In this document: in pieces, positions 24,092 through 24,602 of the stretch | Layout of the letters: each line of letters begins with the position of its first letter | Numbering within the stretch: the stretch's first letter is position 1 | Source: a virus | Taxonomy: Duplodnaviria; Caudoviricetes | Virus record (IMG/VR): IMGVR_UViG_3300020043_002908 | Span: 1-24,602 of that record | Direction: 5' to 3' (one strand) | Length of the DNA: 24,602 bases | Program-made: the position numbers and the translations under genes | The notes under the pieces: model-generated | Database searches by the model: none | Told to the model about the DNA's origin: nothing | The model's input: only the letters and a program-made list of their open reading frames with translations

Positions 24092-24602
24092 TCAGAGCAT
24101 CAATAATAGTTCAGCTTCGTCATCAAGAATACTGAACGCAATTTCGGCTGTCGCCTGCGAACTCATCCCACCAAGAACAGTTGACGAAACCGCATAGCGT
24201 TTCTTCGGTTCAATCACAGGAACCTCGACTGGTGGCATCTCGACTAGCGGTTCAATCTTCTTGCGTGGAGTTGTTGAATAAACTCTGCGACCACCAGACG
24301 GCGCAGGTGTCGGCTCAGGTTCTGGCGGTGTCGGTGCTGAATCAACTGTCGCGACAAGACCACCAAGACTTGCTGTGGCGACTGCTTCTTGTTCGACTGC
24401 GGTGATCGCCGAAGCGGCAAGACCGCCGAGGTTCGCTGACGCTGTCGCAGGTAGTGCGACTGTGGCAGTGGCCGAAGAAGCAACACCGCCAAGATCAGCC
24501 GACGCTGTCGCTAGATGTGTGACTGTTGCTGTTGCCGAACCTGCAAGACCGCCGAAAGTTGCTTCGGCTGTTGCTTCAGTTGTGACGATGACTTGTGCAA
24601 CT
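24092..24602 (-). CDS. Ala/Thr-rich 21-aa repeat protein, 5'-truncated by window edge
   Basis: Open frame of 170 codons ending ..ILDDEAELLLML-TGA; repeats ATAxAxLGGL; absent from the ORF track. Confidence 0.85.
   Translation of the reverse strand, partial: VAQVIVTTEATAEATFGGLAGSATATVTHLATASADLGGVASSATATVALPATASANLGGLAASAITAVEQEAVATASLGGLVATVDSAPTPPEPEPTPAPSGGRRVYSTTPRKKIEPLVEMPPVEVPVIEPKKRYAVSSTVLGGMSSQATAEIAFSILDDEAELLLML

Larger units (their letters stand above)
1..24602 (-). mobile_element. Tailed bacteriophage (siphovirus-like) genome segment, probable actinobacterial host
   Basis: Co-oriented protease-capsid-adaptor-tail-tape measure-lysis gene order; WhiB gene; no host housekeeping genes or integrase seen, so prophage versus free phage cannot be decided. 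Confidence 0.97.

Noticed and set aside
1-24602. Alternative genetic code, tRNA genes or a named riboswitch
   Set aside because: Genes are intact under code 11 and use all three stops; no cloverleaf found; intergenic structures did not match any riboswitch consensus I can recognise by eye

Overview
A 24.6 kb piece of a tailed phage genome (siphovirus-type, HK97-fold capsid). Every credible gene is on the minus strand, and most are tightly coupled by ATGA/TAATG/TGATG overlaps. A WhiB regulator and the gene content point to an actinobacterial host, probably a moderate-GC freshwater lineage (inference). Read in the direction of transcription (right to left), the window holds: a partial 21-aa-repeat protein; an 87-aa protein; a 630-aa multi-module prohead protease; the major capsid protein; a small overprinted protein plus four glycosyltransferases; a head-tail adaptor; tail terminator, tube and chaperone (-1 frameshift); an HK97-gp10-like protein; an inserted primase-polymerase-like gene; tape measure, hub and Gly-rich tail genes; a secreted PA14 + mucin-like protein; a lysis cassette; then a secreted lytic transglycosylase, WhiB, resolvase, exonuclease, SSB, an AT-rich DNA methyltransferase and small ORFs. 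The most unusual observations are: (1) a HiPIP-like 4-Cys iron-sulfur module inside the prohead protease, which looks like an Arg-delimited cargo polyprotein; (2) a recurrent start-associated motif (CTGCAC) and three intergenic hairpins whose loops are complementary to the phage's own translation-initiation sequences; (3) the glycosyltransferase block together with a flocculin-like mucin; (4) a stand-alone AEP primase in the tail operon. No tRNA, rRNA, CRISPR, integrase, portal or terminase was seen in the window. Family assignments come from motif recognition, not database searches.
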